Shown one piece after another: positions 41,243-58,843 of a DNA stretch of 64,000 nucleotides (positions are counted from its first letter, which is position 1; every line of letters starts with the position of its first letter). The notes below the pieces were generated by a model. That model had not been told where the DNA came from, searched no databases, and saw only the letters and a program-made list of their open reading frames with translations. The stretch is from Amphiscolops sp. MND2022 (taxonomy: Eukaryota), in assembly GCA_964187785.1 (NCBI GenBank), contig OZ076413.1:44332001-44396000 (forward strand). The letters run 5' to 3'. The position numbers and the translations under genes are program-made.

Positions 41243-41368
41243 GGATACGGGACAATTTGCCGAAAGACAATTTGCCGAAACCCAATTTGCCGAACGTGAA
41301 GGACAATTTGCCGAAAATTATTCGGCAAATTGTCCCTGGGTCAATTTTCGGCAAATTGTCCTGTATCC
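41243..41368. mobile_element. Small MITE built from GACAATTTGCCGAA repeats
   Basis: TIRs GGATACGGGACAATTTGCCGAA and TTCGGCAAATTGTCCTGTATCC, with internal direct and inverted copies. Confidence 0.75.
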
Positions 41369-41751
41369 CAAGAAACAATATTTCAAAATCGGGAATAACA
41401 TCTGAAAAAACGGGAATAACGTCTAAAACATTAGACGTTATTCCTGAAAAATGAGTAAAATTTAGACGTTATTCCTTTAGACGTTATTCCTTAGACGTTA
41501 TTCCCGCCCCTAGGTTTGTACTAGTTATCGCCATTTTACGATTGACATGTCTATAGAAAAACGAATATTTTTTTTTACTTGAACAATCTCCTGTGAAAAC
41601 TTTCCGCAGCGTGAAAAATTAGGAGTTATAAGTGTTGTGTCGTGTTTTCTAAGTTGATTGGTGCTAAGGGCAGTTTTTGATCTCAGAAAATCTTTATTAG
41701 AGTTCAAAAAGAACCACCAGAAGAGCGATTTTTCAAGTCAATTCGATGCTA

Positions 41752-41825
41752 AGAATATTTTCGAATGTTCTAGAGTATTCTAGAAAAATTCTGTTTCTAA
41801 TAAATCAGACAATTTCTAATCAGTG
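41752..41825 (+). promoter_or_regulatory. Hsp90 promoter: heat-shock element array, TATA-like box and Inr-like site
   Basis: cGAAtgTTCtaGAGtaTTCtaGAAaa (41762-41787) consists of alternating nGAAn units. TAATAAAT lies at ~41798 and TCAGT at 41820-41824. Confidence 0.8.
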
Positions 41826-41915
41826 AATCACTTTTTCTGCTAAAGTTCGAATCTCCATTCGCTGTTTGCTAGCTTTTCGATTCAAATCTCTGAGTATTCT
41901 ACATTATTTTTGAAG
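41821..41915 (+). other. Predicted non-coding exon 1 of Hsp90
   Basis: Ends at the strong donor GAAG|GTAAGT. The matching acceptor TTTAG sits immediately before the ATG at 44425, the intron position known from animal Hsp90/Hsp83 genes. Confidence 0.7.
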
Positions 41916-41950
41916 GTAAGTCGTACTTTCATTTTCAAGTTGTAAATAGG

Positions 41951-42329
41951 GGGGACTGTTCAATTCGTCGAACATTCAATTCGTCGAACACGTATTAATT
42001 TAGCGACCATGGTATGACGTAATGGAATGAATTGATTTCGGCCAATCAAAATCGAGCATTCAAAATTACGATAACGTAGTCAGATATGTTCACATACCCC
42101 TAGTGCCCTAAATGCAGGAGCGAAGCGAAGCGGAGCGACGTGCCATATGGCCATGCCTCAATGTTGCTACTTGGCGAAGGGAGCGAAGCGACCGAGCCAT
42201 ACAACAAATATGTTATTCGCCACAAAATATAACCAAATGAAAATAATCGCTGATATGGAATTCTTTCGACGCATTGAATAGCTTTGCATTTTTCGACGAT
42301 TTGAATGTTCGACGAATTGAATAGGCACC
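41951..42329. mobile_element. MULE-like MITE in Hsp90 intron 1
   Basis: ~38-bp TIRs (…TTCAATTCGTCGAACATTCAA…) and the 9-bp TSD GTAAATAGG at 41942-41950 and 42330-42338. Confidence 0.85.
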
Positions 42330-42918
42330 GTAAATAGGGGCCACAATAACGTCTAAAGGGAATACCGTCTAAAGAAATAGAGTCTAAAATTCAATGTTTT
42401 AGTATAGGAATAAACGACTTGGATTCAGACGTTTTTCCCGGGAAGCAGGATTAACGTCTAACGAATGACGACTAAATACAAAACGGGAATAACGTCTATA
42501 AATGAATATTTATTTTGGGAATAGCGTCTGAACTTATTCCACTTTTTGGATGTTATTCCCGTTTTAAAAATTGGACTTTCTGAAAGAACATTGAATTTTT
42601 AATGTTTTTAGACTAAACGTTTTTGAAACAACAAAGGGTTGTCGCAAGGGTACCTTTGTCTACGTTTTTCAGATGTTATTCCCGATTTTGAAATCTTGAT
42701 AATGTTGAAGAAGTCTTCCTCCGGCTCTAATTTTCCCGTATTTTTAGATGAAGAACGGAATATAATCTAAGTTAAAATGAGTTACAAGACACTTTGCCGA
42801 ATGCCATTTTACAAGACACTTTGCATAATGCCATTTTTCCTAATTTCGTAAATATTTCAAGTACTTTTATAACAACGGCGTTATTAGTGATAAGTCGAAT
42901 GATTGGTGAGATTAAATA

Positions 42919-42999
42919 AGCCATTTGGTCTAAGGGTTAAGGCGCTTGACTGCTAGCTAGATCTGTCTTGAGATGCAGGTTCGAGTCCTGTAATGGCTA
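42919..42999 (+). tRNA. tRNA-Ser(GCT)-like sequence (pseudogene or SINE head)
   Basis: Acceptor stem AGCCATT/AATGGCT, T arm GCAGG-TTCGAGT-CCTGT, variable arm ATCT..AGAT, GCT in the anticodon loop. The anticodon stem pairs poorly. Confidence 0.5.
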
Positions 43000-43520
43000 T
43001 TTTCTCACAATCATGTCAGCTTGGGTTATACTTTTCTCACCTAAGGCGGGGCATATTCGGTGGATGCACGCACGCCCTCACCGTCGCAAAGACGATTACG
43101 TACCAAATAACATAAGAGCAAATCACATAAAAAAAAACGAAATTATTCCCATTTAACATAAAAATGAAATTAGTTTCATATAACATAAAAATAAAACCGA
43201 GTACCCGGTTGAACAAGCGACCTCACGAAATTTGATTTGTAATTTTCATACTTTTTTCAGTGAATCTTTTCAATTGTGAATGCTTTTGACCCCTAAACCT
43301 TTCGTAAACAATTTTATTTTTGTTTAGTGAAACTACTTTCATTTTTATGTTATTTGAAACTAATTTAGTTTTTGTTATTCGCTCTTATGCTATTTGGGAA
43401 GTCACCCGATAAGACCAACTCACACTGCGATCGCTTCGCGGCCTCCGTCCTCGCTAGCTTTTTGCTCCTGTTGACCTTGCTGAGCAAGATGGATACATAA
43501 GCGGCCCAAGGGGCCGCGGG

Positions 43521-44324
43521 CAGGGGTTTGCAATAATTAATTGGTCTTCCAATAATTGCAATAATAATTGCCAATATTATTGATTGGGCACTTTTCCAAT
43601 AACCAATTAATTGGAAATCGTTTTGCCAATTATTGGTTTCATTGGTTTTCAAATTGAAAGCTCTTTTTCAGGTTTGAAATGAGTACGAACAGATTTTAAA
43701 ACCATATGCAAGAAGTATTTCACACCAATGGAAAATGACATTTTCAAATGCAAATGTGGCAAAATTTTGAAGCAAAAAAGTACCGGTTGGTCTAATTTGA
43801 TGGTGCATATTCGAACACAACTTCTGTTGAGAAGAACTTCTGATATCGAGTGCGAATTTCCACAGACGGATGACTTCGCGGGAAACGTTTTGGCGAAAAA
43901 GAAAGATACCAAACAGATGAAATACATTCCCTGCTCATTCATTTTTGTCAAATACATTCGGTTTTTTAGCGCAGCTGGTTTCGCTTCGAATGACTACCGA
44001 AAATCAACTTTGCCGATGAATTTAGAAGAGCAACTGTTCCTTCGATTTAACAAAAAGCACTGGGATTTGAATTTAGTAAATCAAATTGTGAGTGCCTCTG
44101 AGTGAGATATTCATTTGAGTGTGCATGCCGCTGAGTGAGCTGTTTTATAATGCGTCTTTTCGATGATTTTTGTAATTTAATCACTCTGAAACAGCTGTTT
44201 TTTAAAGTGCCCAATTATTGCACTAATTGCAATAATTTATTGGTCAAGGGTCCAATAATCAATTAATTGGTTTTCAGAAGTTTTGGGACCAATAATTATT
44301 GCAATTGTTTATTGCAAAGCCCTG
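43521..44324 (+). mobile_element. Internally deleted hAT DNA transposon
   Basis: TIRs CAGGG(G/C)TTTGCAATAA and 8-bp TSD GCCGCGGG at 43513-43520 and 44325-44332. ORF 43728-44105 fuses a BED finger (CKC..GWSNL..H) to the hAT dimerisation end (RFFSAAG...LEEQLFL). Confidence 0.9.
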
Positions 44325-44424
44325 GCCGCGGGACACTAGAGGAAATGAGGGCATATCCGAGACGCCTGTTTTAGATCTTAAATATTCCCGTTCTTATTTT
44401 CTACACTTGTGATTGTTTATTTAG

Positions 44425-49986
<5,562 letters not shown>

Positions 49987-51013
49987 ATTAATTGGCAATG
50001 CTTAACTTGAGTTGACATTTTTCTAGATGTTTATGATGATCCCATTTTGTTTTCATTTCAATGATTTTTGAAAAGTCATTTTGATATGTATGATCTATAG
50101 AAACTGAGCTATAGAAATTGTTAGCAATTGATATGCAGCAATAGAGTTTTGATGTATTTCCAATCTCTTCCTCACTCGCGTAGATATCGAGACAAAAATT
50201 ATACATTTAGGTTCTTTGTATATCATAGATAACAAGGAATTACATTGTATTCTCTTCTAAGTAAGAATTGTGTATTCGTACTTCTAAAATTTAATGAATA
50301 AAAGTTAAAAATTGGTCAAAAATTCTTGAGGGCGAGGACTTGAAGAGGGATTACGCTCATTCCTTTTCGGATGTTTTGTTCACGTCCGTTTCGGATGTTC
50401 ATGTTTTGCCTTGTGTTTATTATAAATCATACTATTCATGACATCTGCAAAAATTAACTTTCTAATACCATACGATGCTCCCACATTTCAAAACCACCCT
50501 CGGTATTTTTTGGACTTCAATTGCTCGGAACTTTGATTGGCATGAGGTCCTTCACCATTGAAAATACTATGATCGTTTTTGCTTCCCGAAAACAACAGTT
50601 TCAACCTGACCGAAAAATGTTTACAATTCGGATCTAGCGCATTTTCATGGCCACTTTCTGATATTACACATGTTGTCATTCCAATTGAAAAGATATGAAA
50701 ACGTGGCATTAGTCGAAGTCGAAACAACTCTCCCTGGCACGACCCAAGACAATGTGGATTAAAGATCCAACTAAACTGATGTAACGTCATCGGTTTTGAT
50801 GGAGAGCAATTTCACGAAGACGTTGAATCTCAAATTGGTATATTTGAAGTTCAGTTTGAAAAGAGAAATTGGACATTGGTTCAATGCGAGCCACGACCTG
50901 GATTTGGAACAATTAGATTACAGGGGATAATGGAATCTGTCATCTTTGTCTGATAAAAATTCTTTTAGGCGCTCAATGGATGCTCTCTGGTTAAAGTTAA
51001 ATCGGATCACACC

Positions 51014-51540
51014 CAGACCCTTTCAAAAATTAATTGCTGGGTCAAAAAATCAATTATTTGAAAACTATCAATTGTAATTGCAAAAGCATAAATCAATTAT
51101 TGCCGATAATGGTTTACAATTAGCACTGTTCGGTCACAGTTTCAGTGTCCCAAAATTTTTTGTTGATCTTCAGAAATAATTGCATTTCCAAGTTCATTGG
51201 CGTAAGGCCTTGTCGATGGTCGCTGAATACATGCCCAGCCGTACTAAAAAATCGTTCAATAATGTTCGAAGTTGCGAACAGATATCTAGAGTCTTGAAAA
51301 GCGCATTTGGCCTGACAAGATATTTCTAGTTTTCGCTTTTTTAGAGTCGTACAAATCCACTCAATCCACGAATAAATATTACGGCCTTTCTTGGAAATTA
51401 TGGCCTGTGAATCTTTGTTAAAGGTGAACTGAGGTCGGTTAGATAGTTTGTTGTAATCGGGATGACGGGATTTAATGTGCGAAAAGAGGTTTGACCAGCC
51501 TGAATTTTTCCGCTGAATAATTACACCTGCAATAAGCAAG
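51014..51540 (-). mobile_element. hAT transposon remnant
   Basis: ORF 51120-51539 has GWSNLFSHIKSRH (BED end) and TSNIIERFFSTAG...LEMQLFLK (hAT dimerisation). Subterminal CAATTATT repeats resemble those at 43521-44324. Confidence 0.8.
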
Positions 51541-51611
51541 TGTTATGGGAAAGTGCGGGTATTTTTGTTTCCGCGCGACAACTCTCATTTCACGCGGCAA
51601 GTCGCACATTT

Positions 51612-51844
51612 CATGCGTTCGTGGTCTAGTGGTAAGATGCTTGCTTTTCAACCCAGAGGTTTCGTGTTCGAACCCGTGGGTATGCGCTAAAGTATTCTGA
51701 AGCAGAAAGTTCTCACTTTTTTCGGCACTGTGAGACTTTTCGGCTTTGTGAGACTTTTTTGAAATTTTTCAAATGTTCCCAAAGAGTCCTCCTTTCAATT
51801 TTTTTTTCATATTTTGCAACAGAACGAATGTTAAAAATCCCGAA
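51612..51844 (+). mobile_element. tRNA-derived SINE, truncated by the giant element insertion
   Basis: GTGGTCTAGTGGTAAGATG (A box) and GTTCGAACCC (B box), followed by TTTTTCGGCACTGTGAGACT repeats also seen at ~4930 and ~40675. Confidence 0.65.
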
Positions 51845-53630
51845 GTGAGCTGTTAAAAAGAGTTGTGGTTGTTTCTTTTAGATGTTTTATTACAGACACA
51901 AGAAGTCTAAGATTTTAACAGCAGAGTCGTCTTACTTTATACCTTGTAGCTAGATAGTTCTAAGTACAATCTATTTCTGAGATCTCAGTTCTTGAAGTGT
52001 TGGAGAGAAGACCGATCGTCAGGATGAATTCTCAATTTCTCCGAGTAGATATATTCTATTAACTAGGGTAGGTTTCAACAATTAACAATGTGACAGCAAC
52101 AGGATGAATCTAAGAAACTTGTTACAGGATATATTAAATGAAGTTTCTTCTAGAATAATTAGCTTTCAAATGAGATTACATTTACTAATTACTTTGGTTA
52201 GGAGTTCAGAGTATTTCAGATTTATAGAATCTTTGAGGACATGCATCATGGCATCACAATCAACCGGGAATTTAAAATTAAAATTACATATATGCACTTT
52301 GGGTTTGAGGAGTTCTAAAAGTTTTTGTTTTGAATGTTATATGCATGGGTTTGTTTCATATTTGTTGTACTTGAGTTGCATGAGTTTCGTTCTGTAGTGT
52401 ACCATACTTAAGGAGTGAGAACAACCTAAGACGATTTGACTTCTTACGTCATAGACGATTCAATTGGTGCAAAAAGCTTCAAGTTCTTTCAGTTTCTTTA
52501 ACTGACAGTTTTCGATCAAGTTATTGTTGACAACTGTTTAGTATTCCATGTTTCTTTTTTGCATCAGCCATCGGCTTGTCTGAAAAAAATTTTCATCAAC
52601 ATTAGTTAGTCAGCATTGAAAACTTTTCAAGTTGAAGAATTAAAGCGTGAAGTTGTCAATGAGTTGTGAACCAACATTGGCGGGTATGTGAACCAAAAGT
52701 GAAGAAGTTTCGAAAAGTCAAGGTTCTAGTGAGAGTTCATTTTCAACGAAAGTGAAGAGTAGAGCAGAAGCAAAAAGTTCAAGAAAGAAAAGAACTCTGG
52801 CAATTGCAAGTTTCAAACATTGAAAAACGAGAAGTTACAAGTTTGAAACGTTCGATAGAAAAATGAGAATTTGAGAATTTTTTGGAGAATGTTTTTGGGA
52901 AGTAAAACAAAGGTGTAGAAAATGTTTTGTAAAAGAAAAATTTTTGTCAAAAATCTTAGAAAATTTCTTGTGCTGGAAGTAGGACTTGTGTTCTGTAAAA
53001 GATGGGGATTATAGAATTGTTAAATAGATGTATCATACACATGACAATGGGGATATAATTTGGGAAGATATATTTTGCGGTTACAAAGATAATTATAGCT
53101 GAAATTTTGTAAGGGTTTAGCAACAGAGGGGGTATTTTATAGTACGATTATACAAGATTAAGATTAGATAAGATTATGCGTTATTAAGGTTATATTATGA
53201 ATTAACAATAAATAAGATTATACGTTAAAGTTACATTAAAGTTATTAAGATACAGTTGGACATTTACGGCAAATAAATAGTTTGAAATTGGCAAGTGAGT
53301 TACGGCGAGTTCAGTTCATTACAAATGAATTGAGTCCAGTTCAGTGGAGCAGAGTGAAAAGACCAGTCAAGTTGAAAGAACTCAGCATTGCAGTGACGAT
53401 TGTGAAGACCAGTTGACATTTGCAGAAGCAGGTTGTCAAGATGGAAGAACCCAGTGGCGATGGATGATGTTGACCATCTGGAGGGTGTGCGTGAAGCAGT
53501 GAGAAGTGTCAGCGTTCTTTGGAGGAGTGATCAGCAACCACAATTCGGTGCATCATCGAAGAAAGATGAAGGAATGAAGACGAAATGCAGTTGAAGAGTA
53601 AAATAAAGGTGAGTGAAAGTTTTTTGTAAA

Positions 53631-54084
53631 TTATTGAAACAGAGGATGTTGCGGCGGAGGATGTGCCTGATGCACATAAGGGTCGTAGTATTCAAGGGTT
53701 TGGGTGATACCCAAAATCTTTGAGAACGTTATTGAAGGCTAGGATTGCTTCTTGTATGGCAGTTTTGAAATATTGGTCTTTTGATGTAAATGCAGAATTC
53801 AAAACGAAAACAGCATTAGATGCAGTCTCGCAAATTGCGATTTTTGGGCCAGCCAAATGAATGCGAGAGTACTGTTCGAAAGTAATTTTTTTCGTCTTGA
53901 TCTGGGCAACATTTCAGAGAACTTTGAGAAAAGCAATAATTGTCTTGGGGGTGATTTTATTCTTGTTGATTTCAAGAGAGAGTTTATAAGCCATTGTATG
54001 AAAGATGGCGTCTTTGAGGCTGTGTACTTTCGATTGACTGGAAGTCATAGTTAGTATATCTTCTACTTCAGCGTTGGGGGCCAT
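53631..54084 (-). pseudogene. Accessory ORF (~150 aa), copy B
   Basis: Homologue of 18398-18849 with the same start and stop positions; one internal stop and one frameshift. Confidence 0.7.
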
Positions 54085-54507
54085 GACGAGAGTGTGCTGT
54101 AGAAGAAGAAGAAGAAGCGGAGATGTTCTGAAAGAGTATGGAAGGAGGAGAAAGAAGAATGGATGTTTCTAAAACACACGGAGTGTAAGAAATTTGACAA
54201 CTACAATAGAAGAGAAGTGCCATCTATAAAAGGTGCTAGAATGTTTCATACATAGTTTTGTGCTATACTGTCTTGTATGTCTTTTGTCATTGTTTTATGT
54301 GTAATTTTTAGACATAAATAGTTATTTTTGACATGTACTATAGGAAAGAAGTATGTACTTTAAAGATAGTCCTGAGGTTTCATTCAGAAAGATATTATTC
54401 TGATTAAGTAGGTAAAAATATAAATACCTTTGATATAGTGTCAAAGATGTATCATAGAGTGTACCAGAGAGGAACAATTAGGAAATTTGTATTACCTGTA
54501 GAAGAGT

Positions 54508-55919
54508 TTAATGAAGATTAGTTGAGTTAAAAAGAGTAGTTATAGTTTCCAAAGCAGATTGAATTGCTTGGGGTGATTGAGTGATGCGTTGAGAGTCTAA
54601 ATCGAGTGTCTGAAGAAGTTTGTGTGTTCTGTCATAGCAGTGTAGTATATGTGTGAGTGTTGTGATAGGTGTTTCAGAGGAGTTTCGTTTATAGGGTTCA
54701 AGTAATTTTGTCATGTCGCGAAGTGTTCGGTATTCAGTACAGAGGAAAGTTTGTCAGGATCGTTTTTTATAGGTGAAGAGTGTGATTTTTGTTCAGTTTT
54801 TTGGTCAGCTTGTACCATAAAAGAAATAGTCTTTGCAGAAATGAAGAGAAGTTCATTGTAGGAATACGTTTGCTTGTAGAGTGCTGTAAAGTAAGTTCTA
54901 TCTTTATCGTCAAGTGGAGAAGATACTAGGTGTTTAATGACAGTGAGAGGTTTGACATTTTGAGTAGGAATGTTGCAAGGCAACAAAAAGTCATCGTAAT
55001 GTATGAGGTATTCTTGAGATATAATAAGTGGACGTGAAGTATTATTGTACGGAAGCAAACAGAAGCATTGTTTTATAGGGTCATAGTTTCGAAGATAGCC
55101 TGTTATACAAGAGTGGTCAAGAGTGTACATATTTTTCATTGTGAACGGTGATGTATATTTGTAATTGACGAAAATGTGATTTTGTGGTTTGGTGTTTTGT
55201 AGAAATTTAGTATATGTTTGATGATGAGTAGCTTTTTGTGAAATAGAAAGGAAAGATGGATCAGATTCATCTGTTTTGAGATCGTAGATAGAAGGACGGA
55301 GAAAATTGAATTGTAGAGAGAAAATTTTGACTCCATTATCGAGCCAATATTGGTATGGGCCCATTATTTTGGAGGCAATTGATGTGAAGAAGTCTTGATT
55401 TTTGTCATATAAGCGGAATGAATATTCAGTAGGATGCATATAGAGAGAAGTTAGTTGTGCTTTAAAGACGAAATCGCCATTAGAAAGAAGTGGGATCAAA
55501 TGATCGTCACGATTCGTGCAAAGTGAAATTTTTGAAGGTATTGAAGGAGGGTATATTGGTGAAGAAAGAAAGATTGGATCTTTCATAATTTCATATCGCT
55601 TTTTTGGAAGAGGTGGTGTTGTTTGTGTATGATCAGTATCATCTTGTGAAGGAGTAGGTTTTGAATTTTCGTGTTCAATTTTTGTGTGTTCCATTTGTTC
55701 AAGAAAAGTTGGAGTTGCTCGTTCAGAAGTCTCGATATAGAGAACGACAGAATCATTTGAAAGAGGTCTGGTTATAAGATCTGTTGGGGTTGCTTGTTCA
55801 AGCTGTGTTTGTAGATCAAGTTGTGCCTGTTTCTGTAAGTCATGTTGTGCTTGTGTCATTGTGTTTAAAGGAAAAACATCAACAATCACAGTGTTATCTA
55901 TTCCAAGAGGCCTTAGCAC
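54508..55919 (-). pseudogene. Accessory ORF (~450-470 aa) downstream of env
   Basis: ORF 54711-55919 continues by frameshift into 54508-54714. The C-terminal half is open in one frame in copy A (19271-19906). Confidence 0.7.
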
Positions 55920-56129
55920 TTTAAAGTGAAAGTACTTTAAATGACACTAACGAGTGGATTTATCAACTTTAGGTGAAGAGTTTTCGAAGACTGTTATGAT
56001 TAGAGATGTGTTATTGGCTTGAGGAAGATGAACTTCTGCAAGGGTTTCAAGCGGTGGAGGAAAAGCAATTGTGAAAAGATGAAGTAGGAGGCAAGTGTAC
56101 TGGAAGAGAGTTTACAAAAAACTGAGAGA

Positions 56130-58843
56130 GTGTTCAAGAAGATGGAGGAGGAAAAGGATAGTATATCCGTGAATAGATTTTAATGGGTGTATCCGTAGTA
56201 GAGTGACAGAATTGTTAATTAAAGTGTCATGTTGAGTAGTTAGATTGTCATTCGGATGAAAGTTTTTTGAGTATAATTAGGAAGTGGAGGATGTTGAACA
56301 GGAGAGAAAGGAAGTGGAGCAGTTTTTTGGTGGGAATTGTGGCGTCGTTTCGGAAACGAGAGAAATTTAGGAAATTGAATTTTGTTAGGACGTTTAGTAT
56401 AGAAAGGTGGAGGGGAAGTAACATCAGTAGAATGATTAATTAAGTATGTTGAAGTGTCAAAATAATTATCTAAGGATTTGGATTTTAAAAGTGTACTTTT
56501 GGGTTTTTTGTTTTGAGTCTCATTGAGGTCATTGACCATTCGTGCTGTAAGAACATTAACAAAACCATGTGCTATAGAACTAAATAGGGTAATATTATTT
56601 TATATTTTATTTTTTATAGATATTGTTTTGTAAAGTTTGACAATGAGTGTAAGAGTAGCTTGTACAAAAAGGAATGTAGAAAAATACATACCACATTGTT
56701 TGAGAATATAACAAGGGTATCCAAAAAGTGCAATGAAAGCATCTGAAATTCATGTAGGTGTAAAAAGGGGAGTTAAATTCAAGAGTTTATCTTGTAGTCC
56801 TATACGTAATGTATTATAAGGATTACCAGAATCTTGAGGGGAATCTGCATCATAATTAGGAGTATTAGATGAAATGAAAGAATAGCTAAGAGCTTTACCT
56901 TAGTATTTGAAGTGTAGAATCAGAATGTTTGGAAAATAAAATACGATTCCAAAATCGGTCAAGTTCTGCATTAGAATATATACCAGCATATATACAGTAA
57001 AAGTGTTAGGACGTATTGTAGTTTTAATTTGTGAAGGTGTAAACATTAGTGGAGGTTTGCGTTTAATAGGTTCAAGTCCAAGAATGTAAAAATCTTGACC
57101 GTCTGAATCAGGATCTAGTTCAGTAATGTTACGTGGAATATTATCACATGTAATTGGTGTAGCATAATCATAGGTTTGTCTTGTAATGGGATCAACGTAC
57201 ATTAAGGTATCTATAAAATGGATAGGTATACGGTCAAAGCATCTATCAGCTTTATATAAAGGAGATAAAAAATGAGGACAGTCATAAAGCCAGGCGGTTG
57301 AGCCTTCAACGTATAAGAAATTACTTCGATTACCGGTTAAAAGAAAACCAGCAAGTTGAGGATTTTGTACTGACATTGCGAGTATTGTAAGAAGTTGATT
57401 TCGTTCTAATTCGCATATGGTATGTAGAGTGTTTAATTCTTGTACTGTCATTGATCTAAAAACATGGTTAATAGTGTAATCTACTTTCGTGTTTATATGT
57501 GCGTCATAGTCAATGGTTGCAAAATTGTTTTAAACATTAAGTGCAGGGAATATAAATTTGTTATTTGAAGTGTCCAATACTTTTTTACCAGAAATATATT
57601 CATCAATCATACAATGAGGATTGTGTTGTCCTGTATGCATATTGAAACCATCGGTGTATGTAACAAAAAGGTCTGAATATTGTGTAGAATAAAGAGGGTC
57701 TGGTTTACCACAAAAGGTTTGTGCTGTAGGAAAAACTTCAAATCTTGAAAGAGTTGGGTTATTTGGATGTTGTGTATGAGGAGCATAAACATAGGGATGT
57801 TCTGTACCTTTGATACCGGAAGTTGATTTAGATTTTATTGAGTGTGGAGAATGTACAAAAGAGTCTGTTTCAATCCAATATCTATCTTCAATTTTAGTTA
57901 TCCGACCAATGAAGTCTTGTTTTGTGAAAATTAGGCAATAGTCATCATTGAACCAAACAAGAGTAAATGGGGTTTTCGTTGTGGGTTTACAAAAACGATC
58001 TGCAAAATAGCAGGGTAATGTATGTCCATCTATTATCATGTCATTAGATGTGTCATCATACGTAAGTTCTACTTCAGAAATTGCTAATTGCCAACTGACT
58101 AGGTTGACTTCGAATTGGTGATGAGCAGGACAGTTATGATAAGGGTTTTGAGTAGGGTCATATATCCAGTGTTTATCGGCGGGCATAAATGTAAATGTAC
58201 CTGTGTGCATTTTGTTCAATGGGTATACAGTAAAAGGAGTTTGAAATTCTTCTAATCGTTCTTGAAAATAATGGTCCTCTAAGAGTATGAATGTTTTATT
58301 GTAGTGGAGGTTGTACAATATTTTACCATTTGTACCATTTAAATGTCTTATAATGGTTTTACTTTCTAATGGATCAAGAGTAACAGGAAGCGGTAATGTA
58401 TTATGATTCCATACTGTTCTATCAACACGACGGTATTTTACGGAACCTTGAAAGCATATTTTCCTTTCTTTCTTTGCATAAGCAACACATTTAAAAGCTT
58501 TGATGCGTTTAGCTTTTGCTCGGACGTATACACGAGATTTAACACTTGCATGTTTAATGTCAGAAGGAGCTTCAGTGCAATGTTTTACATTAAGTAAATT
58601 AAATTGTCTCAAATTGTGTTGTTTTGCACAGTCATAATGAGAAACCATGAGATTTGTAATATTCGGATCATCCGATGGAAGATAGTTTTCGGTGTCAGAG
58701 GGTGTTATGGGTATTGAAAAAGTAGAGTTGAATAAGTGTGAATAAAGTATTAGAATTGTTGTTATATATGAAGTTGTAAGGAGTTCAAGAAGAGGTAGTA
58801 TATTTAAGACCAGAGTACGGCTTACAGAATATGATTTTGCCAT
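56130..58843 (-). pseudogene. Envelope glycoprotein (chuvirus-like class III fusogen), disrupted
   Basis: N-terminal hydrophobic signal and Cys-rich ectodomain (SHYDC, ICELERNQL, NPQLAGFLL, WLYDC, CFDRIPI, VDPITR, GIYS..EL..F). TM segment near 56640-56740, then a cytoplasmic tail. In-frame stop at 57530 and a frameshift near 56990. Confidence 0.8.

Noticed and set aside
40823..41454. ORFs upstream of Hsp90
   Set aside because: They run through repeat A and the MITEs and show no recognisable domain.
50488..50930. Minus-strand ORF downstream of Hsp90
   Set aside because: No recognisable motif or supported splice structure.
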